From Malacoraja senta (lineage: Eukaryota), in NCBI GenBank assembly GCA_038087875.1, contig CM075977.1, positions 30,442,001-30,506,000 on the forward strand: DNA of 64,000 nucleotides, read 5' to 3'. This document shows positions 60,590 through 64,000 of this stretch, in pieces. How positions within the stretch are numbered: position 1 is the first letter of the stretch; the number at the start of each line of letters is the position of its first letter. Made by a program: the position numbers and the translations under genes. A model generated the notes under the pieces. It was not told where the DNA came from, did no database searches, and worked only from the letters and a program-made list of their open reading frames with translations.

Positions 60590-63187
60590 TATTAGCTATT
60601 AATAATTATGATATAGTTGGGATCACGGAGACATGGCTCCAGGGTGACCAAGGCTGGGAACTGAACATCCAGGGATATTCAATACTCAGGAGGGATAGAC
60701 AGAAAGGAAAAGGAGGTGGGGTAGCGTTGCTGGTTAGAGAGGAGATTAATGCAATGGAAAGGAAGGATATTAGCTTGGAGGATGTGGAATCGATATGAGT
60801 AGAGCTACGAAACACTAAGGGGCAGAAAACGCTAGTGGGTGTTGTGTACAGGCCACCTAATAGTAGTAGTGGAGTTGGGGATGGCATCAAACAGGAAATT
60901 AGAAATGCATGCAATAAAGGTAAAACAGTTATAATGGGTGACTTCAATCTACATATAGATTGGGTGAATCAAATTGGCAGGGGTGCTGAGGAAGAGGATT
61001 TCTTGGAATGTATGCGGGATAGTTTTCTAAACCAACATGTAGAGGAACCAATAAGAGAGCAGGCTATTCTAGACTGGGTATTGAGTAATGAGGAAGGGTT
61101 AGTTAGCAGTCTTGTTGTGCGTGGCCCCTTGGGCAAGAGTGACCATAATATGGTTGAGTTCTTCATTAGGATGGAGAGTGACATTGTTAATTCAGAAACA
61201 AGGGTTCTTAAATGAATGAATGAATGAATGAATGAATGAATGAATGAATGAATACTTTATTGTCATTATAACATGTAAACATGTACAACGAAATTAGAAA
61301 TGCCAACCAGTCAGTGCACCATTCACACATTTTCTTAGAGCAAAAGTCTAAGATAAACAACTAAAATAAATAACATGAAAAAAAACACATTCTTCTGTCG
61401 ATTTCACATTCCCTTTGGTGTGTAGCACACCTGCACTCATTTGGTGGCTACATTAAGTGTATTTATTGCTGTGGGATAAAAACTTAAACCAGATTGAACT
61501 TAAAGAAAGGTAACTTTGAGGGTATGAGACGTGAATTGGCCAAGATTGACTGGTAATTGATTCTTAAAGGTTTGACGGTGGATATGCAATGGAAGGCATT
61601 TAAAGACTGCATGGATGAACTACAAAAATTGTTCATCCCAGTTTGGCAAAAGAATAAATCAGGGAAGGTAGTGCATCCGTGGATAACAAGGGAAATCAGG
61701 GATAGTATCAAAGCAAAAGATGATGCGTACAAATTAGCCAGGAAAAGCAGCCCACCAGAGGACTGGGAGAATTTCAGAGTCCAGCAGAGGAAGACAAAGG
61801 GCTTAATTAGGAAAGGGAAAATAGATTATGAAAGAAAACTGGCAGGGAACATAAAAACTGACTGCAAAAGTTTTTATAGATATGTGAAGAGAAAGAGATT
61901 AGTTAAAACAAATGTAGGTCCCTTGCAGTCAGAAACAGGTGAATTGATCATGGGGAACAAGGACATGGCAGACCAATTGAATAACTACTTTGGTTCTGTC
62001 TTCACTAAGGAAGACATAAATAATCTGCCGGAAATAGCAGGGGACCGCGGGTCAAATGAGATAGAGGAACTGAGTGAAATCCAGGTTAGCCGGGAAGTGG
62101 TGTTAGGTAAATTGAATGGATTAAAGGCCGATAAAGAGAGAAAATGGGGAATTACAGACCAGTTAGTCTAACATCGGTAGTGGGGAAACTGCTAGAGTCA
62201 GTTATTAAAGATGGGATAGCAGCACATTTGGAAAGTGGTGAAATAATTGGACATAGTCAGCATGGTTTTACGAAAGGTAAATCATGTCTGACGAATCTTA
62301 TAGAATTTTTCGAGGATGTAACTAGTAGAGTGGATAAGGGAGAACCAGTGGATGTGTTATATCTGGACTTTCAGAAGGCTTTCGACAAGGTCCCACATAA
62401 GAGATTAGTATACAAACTTAAAGCACACGGTATTGGGGGTTCAGTATTGATGTGGATAGAGAACTGGCTGGCAAACAGGAAGCAAAGAGTAGGAGTAAAC
62501 GGATCCTTTTCAGAATGGCAGGCAGTGACTAGTCGGGTACCGCAAGGCTCAGTGCTGGGACCCCAGCTATTTACAATATATATTAATGATTTGGACAAGG
62601 GAATTGAATGCAACATCTGCAAGTTTGCGGATGACACGAAGCTGGGGGGCAGTGGGGGGCAGACATTTTTGCCATAGAGGGAGTCCAGAGAAGGTTCACC
62701 AGATTGATTCCTGGGATGTCAGGACATTCATATGAAGAAAGACTGGATAGACTCGGCTTGTACTCGTTAGAATTTAGAAGATTGAGGGGGGATCTTATAG
62801 AAACGTACAAAATTCTTAAGGGGTTGGACAGGCTAGATGCAGGAAGATTGTTCCCGATGTTGGGGAAGTCCAGGACAAGGGGTCACAGTTTAAGGATTAA
62901 GGGGAAATCCTTTAGGACCGAGATGAGAAAAACATTTTTCACACAGAGAGTGGTGAATCTCTGGAACTCTCTGCCACAGAAGGTAGTTGAGGCCAGTTCA
63001 TTGGCAATATTTAAGAAGGAGTTAGATGTGGCCCTTGTGGCTAAAGGGATCAGGGGGTATGGAGAGAAGGCAGGTACAGGATAATGAGTTGGATGATCAG
63101 CCATGATCATATTGAATGGTGGTTCAGGCTCGAAGGGCCGAATGGCCAACTCCTGCACCTATTTTCTATGTATCTATGTATCTATGA
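60590..63187 (+). mobile_element. CR1 LINE ORF2 (EN plus RT) with stops, internal deletions and an insertion
   Basis: GITETWL, MGDFN, GKSDH, AFDKVPH, FADDTKL; deletions near 62134 and 62655; (TATCTATG)n tail. Confidence 0.92.
61209..61494 (-). mobile_element. Short Rex1-type LINE 3' end inserted in CR1
   Basis: (ATGA)n microsatellite tail next to TTTATTGTCAT...AACGAAAT; CR1 frame resumes at TGAACTTAAAG. Confidence 0.65.
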
Positions 63188-64000
63188 ACCTCAGTAGTGA
63201 TGGGTCTTCCCCTTTCCCCTCTTTTAACCAGGTTATCCCGACCACACCCCACCCATACAATAGTCGTCATGTCCCCCTTCTCTCTGAACACCCACCATCC
63301 TCCCACCAGATCTCGCCTCGGCCTTTGTCCACTCCCTGGCCCTCCTCTGACCCCAATCTCCACCCTTGTTGTGTCTTCACCATCCCCCTGACTTCCCCCT
63401 TTCTGATACCGAACGGTCTGTCCTCAACAGAGGCCTCACCTTCGTTCCCCTCCGCCCGTACCTTAACGAGTTCCGGGTCTGCCATGACGTAGAGCTTTTC
63501 TTCCATCACCTCCATGCCTTTTACTATGGGAAGGAGTACTCATCACCCAGTGACGACCCCTTCCCCTGTCTCCACCAGTCCCCCTCCTCTTGGACTCCCC
63601 AGAACGACCTTCTACCCTCTCTACACCTCTATTTCTAACAGTCGGCGTGACATCAACCGTCTCAACTTTTCCACTCCCCTTACCTGCTTCAACCTCACCC
63701 CCTCTGAATGTACAGCCCTCCGCTCACTCTGCAGCAACCCTGACATTATAGTCAAACCCGCCGACAAGGGAGGTGCCGTGGTAGTCAGGCGCTCTGACCT
63801 CTACTAGGCTGAGGCCAGGTGACAACTCTCAGACACCTCCACCTACTTATCCTTGGAACATGATCCCACAGATGACCACCAGGCCTTAATCTCAAACACC
63901 ATTACTGATTTCATCACTCTGGCAGTCTGCCTTCCACCTTATCGTTTCCCAGCCCCGCACAGACCATTTTTACCTTCTCCCCAAAATCCACAAACACAAC
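63188..64000 (+). mobile_element. Penelope-like element N-terminal and RT-start region, degraded, runs off the window
   Basis: LSDTERSVLNRGLTFVP, IVKPADKGGAVVV, FYLLPKIHK. Confidence 0.85.

Overview
Eukaryotic, repeat-dominated DNA. The repeat families point to a cartilaginous fish, most likely a skate or ray (inference). I found no recognisable host protein-coding gene, rRNA, tRNA gene or CRISPR array; almost every long ORF is transposon-derived or the antisense shadow of one. The window holds many CR1 LINE copies, including a full-length but defective element (about 20342-25087) and a 5'-truncated copy with an open RT frame (9563-11311). It also holds an L2 LINE, Rex1/Babar-type LINE pieces, and Penelope-like (PLE) RT and GIY-YIG fragments. 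About 15 short PLE-tail elements are scattered through it; many carry a minimal hammerhead-ribozyme-like motif and many are fold-backs. Other elements are tRNA-headed V-SINEs (HE1-like), an old DeuSINE, an internally deleted Gypsy (Mag-like) LTR element with LTRs, PBS, PPT and TSD, four PIF/Harbinger-type MITEs, and a fossil Harbinger Myb/SANT gene. Two copies of an ~0.8 kb GC-rich non-coding retroelement start at CGGAAGTGGC and end in a Rex1-type hairpin tail. There is a CpG-rich promoter-like segment with a splice donor near 27.1 kb and two assembly gaps. The most notable observations are the ribozyme-like fold-back PLE derivatives, the probably Pol II-transcribed composite retroelement with a covarying 3' hairpin, and multi-level nested insertions that can be unpicked from their TSDs.
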